DNA of 64,000 nt from Cycas panzhihuaensis. Taxonomy: Eukaryota > Plantae > Cycadophyta. The position numbers were made by a program, and so were the translations under genes. Position 1 is the first letter of the stretch. Each line of letters starts with the position of its first letter. Below, in pieces: positions 38,051 to 49,817 of the stretch. The notes beneath the pieces are model-generated. The model did not search any database. It was not told the origin of the DNA and worked only from the letters and a program-made list of their open reading frames with translations. The DNA lies in assembly GCA_023213395.1 (NCBI GenBank), contig CM041465.1:137709741-137773740 (forward strand). Reading direction: 5' to 3'.

Positions 38051-41000
38051 TTAAGAGTCAACCTCGGGAACCACATATTCACATTTTTATTAGTTTCAAG
38101 TCAATTTTGGCCTTTAATTAAATTATTCATAATATAGCTTCTTTATAATGTCATATAGCCTTGGTCATAGTAGTGCTCATGTGACCAAGCGTTGGGATCC
38201 TAGGGTCATTTTGGCCAAACTAATTGGTTTCAAATGATGCATAAGTAATTTGTTTGTATGGATTTGGGGGAATTGTAAACACACTATCCCTGTGCATTCA
38301 CACCTCAAATGTGCACCTACACATTCAACCTTCTTACCTTAGTTGAAATTCACGTCTAGCTTGCAATACTTGCACTGGTTAGTTCCTAAAACCCGACTTT
38401 ATGTAACCTATTATGGGGATCATTTTTGTCTAAGAATATATTGCATATTTCAACATAATTAAATAATAAATATTCCAATTCATTTAACAAATGTTTTAGT
38501 ACCTTCCTATGAATAATTAAATGCATGCTTCAATTCACATTTAATGCTACTGTTTAACACCATTGATAACACACTTTTTTGTATGTTTCTTAATGTCTTT
38601 TGAATAAATAGTGCAATATATTTTCATGGGTGTTATCAAATGTTTAATGCACAACTCTGCATATTACATAAATGAGCACGAGAATGTTAAAAGTAACATT
38701 TCAAAATGCACATCATTCTGATGGAGAGATTGTGTGCAAACACCTTTAATCCATTATTACTGTGTCAAGTATTATATAGGTTAATGCAATCAATTTTTTT
38801 TTTTCACGAATGAATCTTCAAGTGTTTGGTCATTATCATTTCTAAAAGCATGGTAAATGTGATTAAATTTCAAGGGAAACATCAACATTAATAAATAAGA
38901 ATTAAATAGGGGTTGGAAGTGAAGATTAGAAGAATGATGGCTTCACTTAGTTCATGATAAATGGGTAAGTTGCTCTCTCTTTCTTGCTTTCATTTTCAAG
39001 CCTAGAAAGGAGGGAATGATCACATTAAACACATTTATAAACATCATGGATGTTCAATAATTTTTTTAATTGATGATCCCCTTTATTATAAACAAAATTT
39101 ATTCTGAATATATATTAGACACATAAGGCCATGGAATATGTCCTAAATCTAAACACCATAACAAAGATAATTTGAGCAATATTTTTTATAAAACCTTTTC
39201 CAAAATGTTGGTTGTATTAGCAAAATGTCATTTGGCTTGATATACAAGAACTTGAGGGCTAAAAAGGCTGTTGTTGCTTTTGTGTCAACTGATATGGTCC
39301 AACATTTGGTGATCTTGGAAAAAACATGTTTGATAATTGGCATGAAAGTTACCTGTCTCACGAATCAAATTCCCTATAGTGCAAAAATAAAAAAGGAAGA
39401 AAATCTTTTTGTAATTATAAAGAGAATATATTAATTAGGATATTAATTAATTTAATGTAATTATTAATGAAAAGATGCAATCTATTGGGAAAGTTGCACT
39501 TTTTGACTTTTGATAATGTATATTTAATGAATTGAATAAAGAAGAGAATTCCAAGAAAGATAAGGAATCCTAAGATAGAATTCCTAAATGGTTGGGTTGG
39601 GGCACAAGGCACGATTAGGGACTAGACCTAGAGCTTGCTACAAGAGCCAAACGATGTAGCAAAGACTACTAGCTGACGTATGAGATTTGGGCTGATACTA
39701 GAAATGTTAATGAGGAACCTGATGATGCAACAAGTGCCCTTGAGGAGCTTAGTTTGGCATTGAGGGTGTTCATGAGGAGCTTGGTCTAAAGCAGGAGACA
39801 AGCAATCCTTTAGAAGACCTCCATCTCTTTTGGTTGGATTTTTTAGTGAAAGAACAAGATATATACTCTATCTTTATTTGATGAAAATATAAATATTATT
39901 TCAAAAGAAATGACTATTTTATTTTTTGATAGTTGTGTGAATTTCAATGAATTCGTGTATCTTTATTTCTTGAAAATAAGTTGAAAGAATGGAAGTTATG
40001 TAGAATTACTTAATTTCGTTTTTAGGGAATAAGGAACATTACATTTACTCCAAATATTATTGGCCAACACACTAAATTTAGATTGATACAAGTGTTTATA
40101 AGGAACCTAATTGATGTGGTGAATGCTCATGAGGAGTCCAGTTTGGTGTCGAGGGTGTCTACAAGGAGAGCTAGTCTAAGCACGAAACAACTATCTCATT
40201 GCATTTGGGAAAAGAACTTCAACCCCTCTGATCATCACATCTAATCATTGCATTTCATGAGACAATCTCTTATTTTGACACTTTCAAATACACAATGCAT
40301 ATTTCCATTCAATAGAAGCATGGAGAAGGTTATTCCCTTATCCAAGATGCACTTTCCAAACCCAATTTTTACAATGAACCCTGGTTCTAGAGCCACCATG
40401 TCAATCAATGCGCTTGAAACACTAGCAAGGGTGATCATTTGTGTGCTTATTTGTTAAGCTTTTGGAAGATTGAAGTGACCTCCATATTACCCCCTTCAAA
40501 TACACTATTACCTTGTCACCACTTGTTACACACACACACACACATACACGAGCGCATAATCACAATTCACAAAGCATAGATTAAAAAAAAAAAGAAAAAA
40601 CCTAGGAATTCAAAAAGAATTGACATAGGGAATATGCATAAAACAAATGTAATTTGGGATACAGATGGAAGTAGGGCAGGCGAGGTTGGGGCCCCTACAG
40701 AAAAATGATTAGAAACCCAATTCGAGTTGGCTTATCTTGAATTATAGCTTTCTTGGGAATAGATCCTCAACTAGGTGGCTGAGTATTCATTGATGTAACC
40801 ATTGATGGGTGGGGGGTAGTGAAGTAGAGGAAGAGGTGGAGGAGCCATCTTTCTATTAATAAACCTAGCCATTGACAAGACCAGAGGTGGTGAGGACAAG
40901 GAAGGGGTTTGCCTTGAGATGCAAATGTCAACAAGTTGTAGGATTCACCTCTCATTTTCCTTCATTTAGCATGGGGCCTCTATCTCAACCATTGCTCGAA

Positions 41001-41281
41001 GAAATTGAACGAAAAGCCCACTCAACCTTACTATTGCTAAATACTATGATGAAATGATAGGGTATTGATAGGAGAAAAATCTTGCTATCAATTCTTGCAT
41101 TATAATGAACGATGGAGATAAATTTTCGTGCTTGTGTACGTTATAATCTTAATAATCTTGCACTATCTTGAGTTGTGTACGTTGATCAACATCAATGTTG
41201 TCTTATTAAAAAGTGTAGATCGTTGACCATGCTAAACATAATTCCACCAACACAATAATATGTAATCGCCACATAAATTTT

Positions 41282-41535
41282 AAATGAATTTACCAGCCAT
41301 CAAGCACAATCACAACATCTAAGAATGTCAAATCCACATAAATCACTCTAATACAATGCCATAAAACAAATATGTAATGGGTTGGTAACACCATCGTTTC
41401 CAATTGCCACACAAAACTGAAATGAATTTGTCAACAATCAAGCACAATCAAAATGTTGAATATTAACAAATTTGCAGAAATCACTCTAATACAATGCCAC
41501 AAAACAAATATGTAATGGGTTGGTAGCACTATCAT
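41282..41535 (+). repeat. Degenerate tandem duplication, about 138-bp period
   Basis: aaatgaattt...atcaagcacaatca...aaatcactctaatacaatgcca.aaaacaaatatgtaatgggttggta twice. Confidence 0.8.
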
Positions 41536-41559
41536 TCCCTATCTAGACCCAGAACACCT

Positions 41560-42097
41560 CTTATAGACCCTTTGAAGGCAAGAACAAACTAGATTAGAAA
41601 ACCCAACGATAAATTCAACCATATCGCTAGCTTATACACAATACTAATAATGAACATTGCACCTAGTGTAATATTTCTAATGATTGTGCAAACCTTCATC
41701 AACCAAAGTGGTTGGATATATTCAAAGTCAAATTGCCTAAACCTACACTCAAACGATAAGCAATTACTTCCACACCAAAATCTCCACGCATCACATAAGG
41801 ATTTAGTTACAGCCACCAAAACTCCCCATAATCTGAATGCTAAAACCATACCAATTAGTTGAAGGGAACTGCAATCCCATAGAGTGATGATACCACGAGA
41901 TTAACCTTGAGCTCCACCCTCATAATAGAATATTTATAGCCATTCCATAGTTGGTTCGAGCCAAAACATTCTTTTTTTGTCATTTTAGTTTCTTGAAGAT
42001 GAAGAACATTAAGAATCCATTCCCTAATACATTCTCTTAGGGCTTGTATTGTAGAGGTCAAACTTAGACCTCACATGCTTTATGATACAATAATCAT
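41560..42097 (-). mobile_element. L1-type LINE APE endonuclease remnant
   Basis: MIIVS*SM*GL (decayed SWNVRGL) followed by NVLHLQETKM. Confidence 0.7.
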
Positions 42098-45000
42098 TTT
42101 TGTCCTTGATGGGATGATGCCCTTTCTAGCTTTGGGAGCTCCTTCACTTATGCTAGGATTCTTTATCTTTTGGACATCCAATGTGAACTTGTCTTTGCTA
42201 ATTCTCAATTGGGAATGAGTCCCACTTTCAATTCCTCTTGAAGTTTCCATTTAAAGAATTTCCATATTTGATTGTTTGCCTACCTTCCTTCTATTAGTGG
42301 ACGAGCCGACTGTTGAGTGAGGTTGAAGAGTTGACTCATCCCCTACATTCATGGTCAACTCTTCCTCTCAGGAAATGAGGAGTTGATTATTGACAATTAT
42401 GTACCTACCTTCCTTCTTTCTCCCGCATAATATATAATTACATAAATATTAAGTGTTAGATAAAAAATTAATTATTTTATCTTTAAATTTGCTAGAAGAT
42501 GGGAGGATTGCCATTGATGTGCCTCAATATTTAGTAAGTTGCTTTAATGTTCAACAAGTTTGTTAAAGTCCATATGAAAATAATACCATCTACTAGTCCA
42601 CATGGGTAACTAGTTACTGTAGCCACTACTTCACCAGGAAGATTATTTGGTTACGTGGTTTAATCAATAATAATAATAGCCACACTTTAAGAATATGTCA
42701 TTTTATATGTCAGTTGAATGTGCTAAAAATACATATAAGAGTAGCATAAATTTTGTGTCTCATATTTTACTTTATAGGATTAGGCAATTTCTTTAGTATC
42801 TATTGGCTAAAATTACAATAAACATTAGCTATATTAACTAAAAATACATGAGATATTATTATTATTAGTTAGAAATGCATAAGAAATAGGCTCTTTGGCC
42901 TCACAATTGCCCTCTTAGACTTATAGAAGTCTAATAATACAAATTGGCATTGACTTGATTAAAGGATATCACTCAAACATAAAAAATACTCTATTTTTGA
43001 TAAAAATTTAACTTTCTAAGGCTCTCAAGAATTTAAAAGAGTATTTTTCATATTTTCTTCTCTTCTTTCATTTTTTCCCCTTTATTTAGAGTGTGGTTTT
43101 ATATAAATAGATATTTGAAATCATAAAAGAAAGGTTATGATAAATAACCTACAAAAGTAACATTTGCCTTGTATTGATTTCAAATATTAGAATATGCATT
43201 AAATAATCACCAAAAGGGTTTGTATGACTAGCTGTTTTGAAGGTAAATGAGTCATCTTCTCAATGCAATAGATTAGAAGTCCAAGTTTTATAGTTAAAGT
43301 TAGAATAGAAAAACTACAAGCATGTCATAAAAAAGTTAATTAATATTAAAAGCTAAGTTAGCCTCTTTTGTTGGGGGCTCTAGTCATGTGGGTTAATCTT
43401 TAGGGGTTGGCGAACCTCAAAAAACATTTTAATTTAGTTAAACTAAGAGAAAACTTTGTAAAAAAAATTATTAGAAATCTAATTTTTTTTGCCATCATTC
43501 ATTTTCAAAATTTATGCTCTTGTGTTTTGTAGAGGGCATCTCTACAATGTTATGGACTACCGATATCTATGAATCATGGTGTCTATGTGAGGGACAAATG
43601 TCTAAAACCAATTTTGTCTTCCCTTTTTGATGACTTGAACCTCACTTGTTGATTTTCATGCGTAAAGTTAGAAGTGGTTTTAATTTAAAGGTAGTTAGTG
43701 TTCTCATTCTCAATAATCTCTTTAATAGGCAGAGTAAGATGACCTTGAAGATACTTTGTTGCATAAGATCCACACAAAAGTATATTTTTACCTAAACTTT
43801 CACCAACAATTATACATTCCTAAAGTTCTCTACATGTAATTTGGCCAACCAAGTGACTATGCTTTATTTTTCACAAAAACTAACAAACATGTTTTTTTTG
43901 CTTTCATTGAAATCCTTGGCCCACTTAAGTTCCTTGTTTATATAAGCATAATCATTAGAGTTTCTAGCCCTTTTTGTTCTTAGCTATGAAGAAAAGATTG
44001 ACCATTGAATAACTTCAAAATCTTTTGATTCGCCTAGCATTAACATAATTGTGATCTCTAACATCTTCAGATGTTATGTTTTTTGCAATTTGTCCACTTT
44101 CTGTTGACATTACATTTTCTTTGATAGGATGAGTTTGCTTAAGTTTGTGCTTCTTTTTTTAAAGTTGTTTCTTTCCTTTAAATAAGCTCTGCATTTATGT
44201 AAATGACCTAAAAATCCTTCACATCTTCATCTTTCACTTGACTTTATATGCTTGGGTGGTTTGTGTTATAAAATACACAAAAAACACAACCAAAATGATA
44301 TTGAAAACAAACTTTAACTAGCACCAGAATAACAATCTTCAAAGAGGTTATACATCTTAAGGATTAAAACCAAAGATAACCCCAAAACTTCAACATATGC
44401 AAAAATAGGGGTAATAACTTAGAATCCTAGCTTTGAAATATTTTTTACAACCCATAGATCATTTTCTTTTGCATTATTTATTATTTATTATTATTGGCCA
44501 TATCATCAAACATTAATTACTTTCGTGAAGCAACTATTCTTTTTTGCATTAAAATCCTTCATGGGTCTATTTTGAATCTTATAGGCTTAAAAGACAACCA
44601 CTCGAAACCAATTTTTCTTTATATGCATCAAAATCCTTGTGGGTTTACCATGGCAGTTTTTCAGCTTTGGCATATAGTTGTTGCAACTACCAAAAAGAAA
44701 AAGAAAAATAATAATATTTTTTTTGCAATCTTCATTTGGTATCTGAAACTATTAGTTTAAAAAACTTAGAAAACTTGAATTTGTGGCCAACACTAAGATT
44801 TGCATGCAATATTATTTTGGGGTCCTATGGTTGTGAAAAAGAGGCCATAAGGCAATTTTAAGGCATCAAATATTATTTAAACACCATGATATTTTTCTTC
44901 TTTGTTTTGAAAAATAAAAAATGCAAATCTTGATATGTATTTTGCTTTCTAAAACTATCTGTAATATTTCAAAATAATTTGCCTAATAAAACCTTTCTTT

Positions 45001-45539
45001 TTCTTTTTAAAAAATACAACTATTAAATGCATTTTGCAAGATCTTCCAATGGTCACTTTCGAGGGAAACAAATAAGGTTATATGAAGATATCAAAGTTTC
45101 AAAAAAATAGCTCAAAAAATTTAAAGAAATTAGGCTCTAAATTCCAAGGATCAAAACTTTGGCTTTGATACCAAATATTGAGTGTGGCATTGCTGTAATA
45201 CCATAATGTTAGGTATTAAATTTAATTTTGATACTAAAATATTATGGACGATTAAGTGGAAGTAATGCATGGATGATAGACCTAACCATAATCGAACATG
45301 GGACATGCAATGAGTACAAAATAGCATAATTAAATGCACAAGTATAATGAAATATACACACAAAGGATAGACACAATATGTGGAAGAATAGTTATTCCTT
45401 AATTATTAAAATATGGTGTACATATTTATAAAACAACTCATTTCAAATTAAGAATCTAAAGTTAATTATTGTATGCTTGGTACACATTTCAACAACCTTT
45501 ATAGGTGTTCATAATAAAATATTCATAAATTATGTGTAA

Positions 45540-46927
45540 GAGCCTTTGAGGGTGAGAAGCATCATTGGGTTGATTATTGATGATTGGGTTGGGTTGCCAC
45601 TTAGTTGGATGTGAGTTATCCCCTCTGCTTCTCACCCTCAAAGGCTCTTTCCGGATAGGGGTGTATTTTACCTTATATTCAAGTGCGAGTCGGGCCATCT
45701 CATGAATGTGGGATAAATCACACACACACACACACACACCCATCGACCACATCCCATGGACACGAGAAATCAACTCAACAGAGGGGATAACTCACATCCA
45801 ACCAAGTGGCAACCCAACCCAATGATGTAGGAATTCCAATGAGGGGAAACATTACACCCAACCCAAGTGGCAACGGTCAATACAGAGTATTAGGGAATAT
45901 CAAGGGAAATTAAGACGTGTAGCACAAGGGGGGGCCAGGGACTCAAGCACAAGAATCATCAATAATCAACCCTTCTAAGCATTTGTTAGTACCGGGGAGC
46001 AACGATGATAGGTGCGGTTGCACTGCATCACACGTTTCGGGCTTCTCACCCTCAAAGGCTCTTTCCGGATTGGCAAAGCTGTAGGGGTGTATTTTACCTT
46101 ATATTCAAGTGCGAGTCGGGCCATCTCATGAATGTGGGATAAATCACACACACACACACACCCATCGACCACATCCCATGGACACGAGAAATCGACCCAA
46201 CAGAGGGGATAACTCACATCCAACCAAGTGGCAACCCAACCCAATGATGTAGGAATTCCAATGAGGGGAAACATTACACCCAACCCAAGTGGCAACGGTC
46301 AAGACAGAGTATTAGGGAATATCAAGGGAAATTAAGACGTGCAGCACAAGGGGGGGCCAGGGACTCAAACACAAGAATCATCAATAATCAACCCTTCTAA
46401 GCATTTGTTAGTACCGGGGAGCAACGAGGATAGGTGCGGTTGCACTGCATCACACGTTTCGGGCTTCTCACCCTCAAAGGCTCTTTCCGGATTGGCAAAG
46501 CTGTAGGGGTGTATTTTACCTTATATTCAAGTGCGAGTCGGGCCATCTCATGAATGTGGGATAAATCACACACACACACACACACCCATCGACCACATCC
46601 CATGGACACGAGAAATCAACCCAACAGAGGGGATAACTCACATCCAACCAAGTGGCAACCCAACCCAATGATGTAGGAATTCTAATGAGGGGAAACATTA
46701 CACCCAACCCAAGTGGCAACGGTCAATACAGAGTATTAGGGAATATCAAGGGAAATTAAGACGTGCAGCACAAGGGGGGGCCAGGGACTCAAGCACAAGA
46801 ATCATCAATAATCAACCCTTCTAAGCATTTGTTAGTATCGGGTTGGATGTGAGTTATCCCCTCTGTTGGGTGGATTTCAATAATCATCAATAATCAACCC
46901 AATGATGCTTCTCACCCTCAAAGGCTC
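45540..46927 (-). mobile_element. Tandem array of 422-bp TRIM-like units (about 3 copies) bounded by 46-bp inverted termini
   Basis: Units start at 45627, 46041 and 46463 and are nearly identical. Each has a 165-bp TG...CA module (45984-46148, 46406-46570; on - TGTGATTTATCCCACAT...TATAAG...TACTAACA) and a (CA)n tract. 45540-45585 is the exact reverse complement of 46882-46927. Repeat structure is certain; TRIM identity is inferred. Confidence 0.8.
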
Positions 46928-47387
46928 CAATCCTTTCACTCCGAACAAGCCTGCAAGCACAGCAGAGTTCCCAACCAACCAATTATTAAAACTCTCAAAT
47001 CCAAATGCTAATAAAAGAGTGCATACAACAGCCTTCAATACGGGTACCTGCAGGCATAGTCCCACCCAAATAATTGGAACTCAAATCCAAGTATTTCAAT
47101 TGTATCAGTGAAAATACAGCTGGACTGACTGTCATCGGATAAGAATAAGCCAAATAATTGTGGAGGTCAAGTCTGATAATGTGTAACGTATGACTGTCAC
47201 ACCAGACGCCTTTCCATTGGCAGTAGTCGTCTCCCTTCCACGAAGACAATTCGGTAGGATGCTCATCTTTCACTTTAAGCAGAGCCAACCTCTCCTCGCT
47301 TAAACATGAAGCCGATGTCATAGGAGACAATATTGTTCCACACCATAGCACTGCAAACAGCAGCAATATTGTTGACCTGAATTCCAT
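46925..47387 (-). pseudogene. LRR-RLP/RLK N-terminal fragment: exon 1 (47387-47048), 97-bp intron (47047-46951), exon 2 truncated after about 9 codons
   Basis: Signal peptide MEFRSTILLLFAVLWCG; LRRNT CLSEERLALL...LSSWKGDDYCQWKGVWC; first LRR LKYLDLSSNYLGGTMPA. CAG|GTACCC donor and TTGCAG|G acceptor give in-frame GLFGVKGLE, which then runs into the repeat terminus. Confidence 0.88.
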
Positions 47388-48956
47388 CGACTTATTTTGT
47401 TGTTTCTCTCGCACTTCCACCTGTGGAAGAGTTATCAAATATTCTTAAAATTAAATCAACATAAGTCAAATTAACTATTCAAAATAATTAAAATATTTAT
47501 ATATCAATTTATAATTAAAATAAACAAATAAAACAACAAATTAGATACATAAAAGCAACTAGTTTTTCATCATTAAACCCGTTCACCAATAATTGTTCCT
47601 GGTGATTCTGTCTTCCAAACTCTCATATAGAACAATAATTCGATTATGTACTAGAAACAAGAAGAGAAATTTGTAGAACAAAGACACCATCCATACATCT
47701 ATTTTTCTATTCTATATTTATTATAAAAGAACACAAGATATTAGTAAAATTTAGGTTGGGAATTAAAATTAAAAGAAGAGAGCACACTATCACATTTATG
47801 ATACATGGTAGCTTAATTGTTTTCTTCTTATTCAAGAACAGATGAGAAAATAAGACATAATATTGCTTTTAAACAATCTTCATTGAAAATAATGAAAACA
47901 CTTCATGTAAAGGGAAAAAATTTAGAAAAAAAAAATTAAAACAAAATTAGTACATTCATCTACAAACATACTCACCAATAGCTATAGCTATTGATCTTTG
48001 GTTCCCAAAGCTTTCAGTGCAAAGATAATAGAAGGTCAATTGTATCATAGAATGGAACCCCAAAAGGGGCTTTTATAGGCTAAAGATGACAATAACGTGG
48101 TGTTTGTTTTCCTACTCTTAGGTCCAGAAAAATAAGAAATTAGCAAAACACGCATATGACTTAGACTATGACTGAAAAGTAAAACAATAAGATAGAAAAC
48201 TCTTGCATTTCAAATACAACATCGCTAAATTATTTTTAGTGATAAGATATTGCATTTCAAACACGCCATGGTTCAATTTTTCCTCTTTGGTCAAGAACAT
48301 GTAAGAAAATATGGTAGGTAGAACGAAGATTCTAGTGCAACATTCAAATCTAAGAGGTGACTTCATATAGTTAAGATATTGAAGAAAATGTGCAACTAGA
48401 TACTTATAGAAAGAGATGCATAATATTATTCTTTATACAAACTAATAAAAGAGGAATTTATATTTCTCTAAAGCAAATTTTGTTCAATATTATGTTATTC
48501 ATGGTGATGAAGGCTATAAATTTGTTTCTATAACATAATATTTTTTTATATTAATATATTAAATATAAATATTGTAATGTGCAATAATGTTGATTGATGA
48601 TTTCTTTATTTTGCTTGTACTCACACATCCAATTACTCTACTTTGAATAATAAAAAGTAAGAGAATTCAATAGTGGCAAAGAAAAACAAAAGAAAACTAC
48701 CCATTAAAATAAAGAACAAACACATCATATAATGAATGAGAAGTAACAACTTACATAAGATAATGATAATGTATCATATATTCCACCACTCTTGGTCAAT
48801 ACAAGTGTGATTTATAGGGTTGTGAATAAAAGTTAAAGTATGATATAGCAAACTATTACATTTCCAATATGACATACCTTAATTATTTCCTCACTAGTCA
48901 AGGATAAATGAGAAAATAAGACATATAGTACAAGTTGAGAGTAATGTTTACGATGA

Positions 48957-49112
48957 TGACAAGAAGAAAAATCAAAGCATCTAGACAAGCATAAAGCTTC
49001 TAGACAAGAAGAAAAATCAAAGCATCTAGAAGCATTAGTAATCTAGACAAGCATAAAGCTTCTAGACAAGAAGAAAAATCAAAGCATATAGAAGCATTAG
49101 TAATCTAGACAA
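48957..49112 (+). repeat. Short tandem repeat, about 62-bp period, TCTAGA-rich
   Basis: ctagacaagcataaagcttctagacaagaagaaaaatcaaagcat(ctagaagcattagtaat) repeated about 2.5 times. Confidence 0.85.
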
Positions 49113-49817
49113 TTACATAATTTTCTTCCTACAATACCAATAAATGTGTATATATACTTATGAGATGGAAAGAATCATATCAACATAATCTTGAGATTGG
49201 AAATATATTTATGCAGGTTTTATAAAGCAAATGCATGTGATTTTTCTCCATCTAAATTGGTAAAAAGGAAGTTTATTCTAGTTTACATTTATTTTAATAA
49301 AATTTCACTAGATATTATGTTGTTCATGACAATTAAATTGAAAGTTATGAATTTAGAAATATAAAAGAATATATATTTTTATTAGTATGTTGAAAAAAGA
49401 AATTATGATGTATAATAATGTGTTATGGCAATTCCATTCTTTTGTTTGTATTCACACATCAATAATAATATCATTATAACTTTGTTTTTAATAATAAAAA
49501 GGAAAGATAATGCTTTAGTGGCAAAGAAAAAAAAGAAAAGCAAAAACTATTCATTGAAATAAAGAGCAATTATATCATATAATGGAATAATGAAATTAGT
49601 TTATATGCCAAAGATAATAATAATGCTAAAAATAAGCTAGCAAATTACCCTTTTAAGGAAAATCCACAAATAAATACTCCATTATTATTTCAAATAAATG
49701 TCTAATTATGTTATTACACCATGATGTGCATTTTAAGTATGGCAATCACCAATATTTTAACCACTAAATTATGCATGATACAAGTAAATATTAGATATTT
49801 GACAATATCTTTTAACA

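Noticed and set aside
45489-46719. Repeated ORFs (MPLGLGVMF..., ...CVCVCDLSH...)
   Set aside because: By-products of the tandem repeat; their frames shift with (CA)n length.
45540-46927. CRISPR array or Cassandra (5S-containing) TRIM
   Set aside because: There are no unique spacers, the context is eukaryotic, and I see no 5S rRNA box A/C similarity in the unit.
8589-46950. A single giant 38-kb intron joining the two RLP halves into a functional gene
   Set aside because: Exon 1 has a good acceptor 97 bp downstream, both breaks are mid-exon, the middle LRRs are absent, and the tail has a stop and a frameshift.
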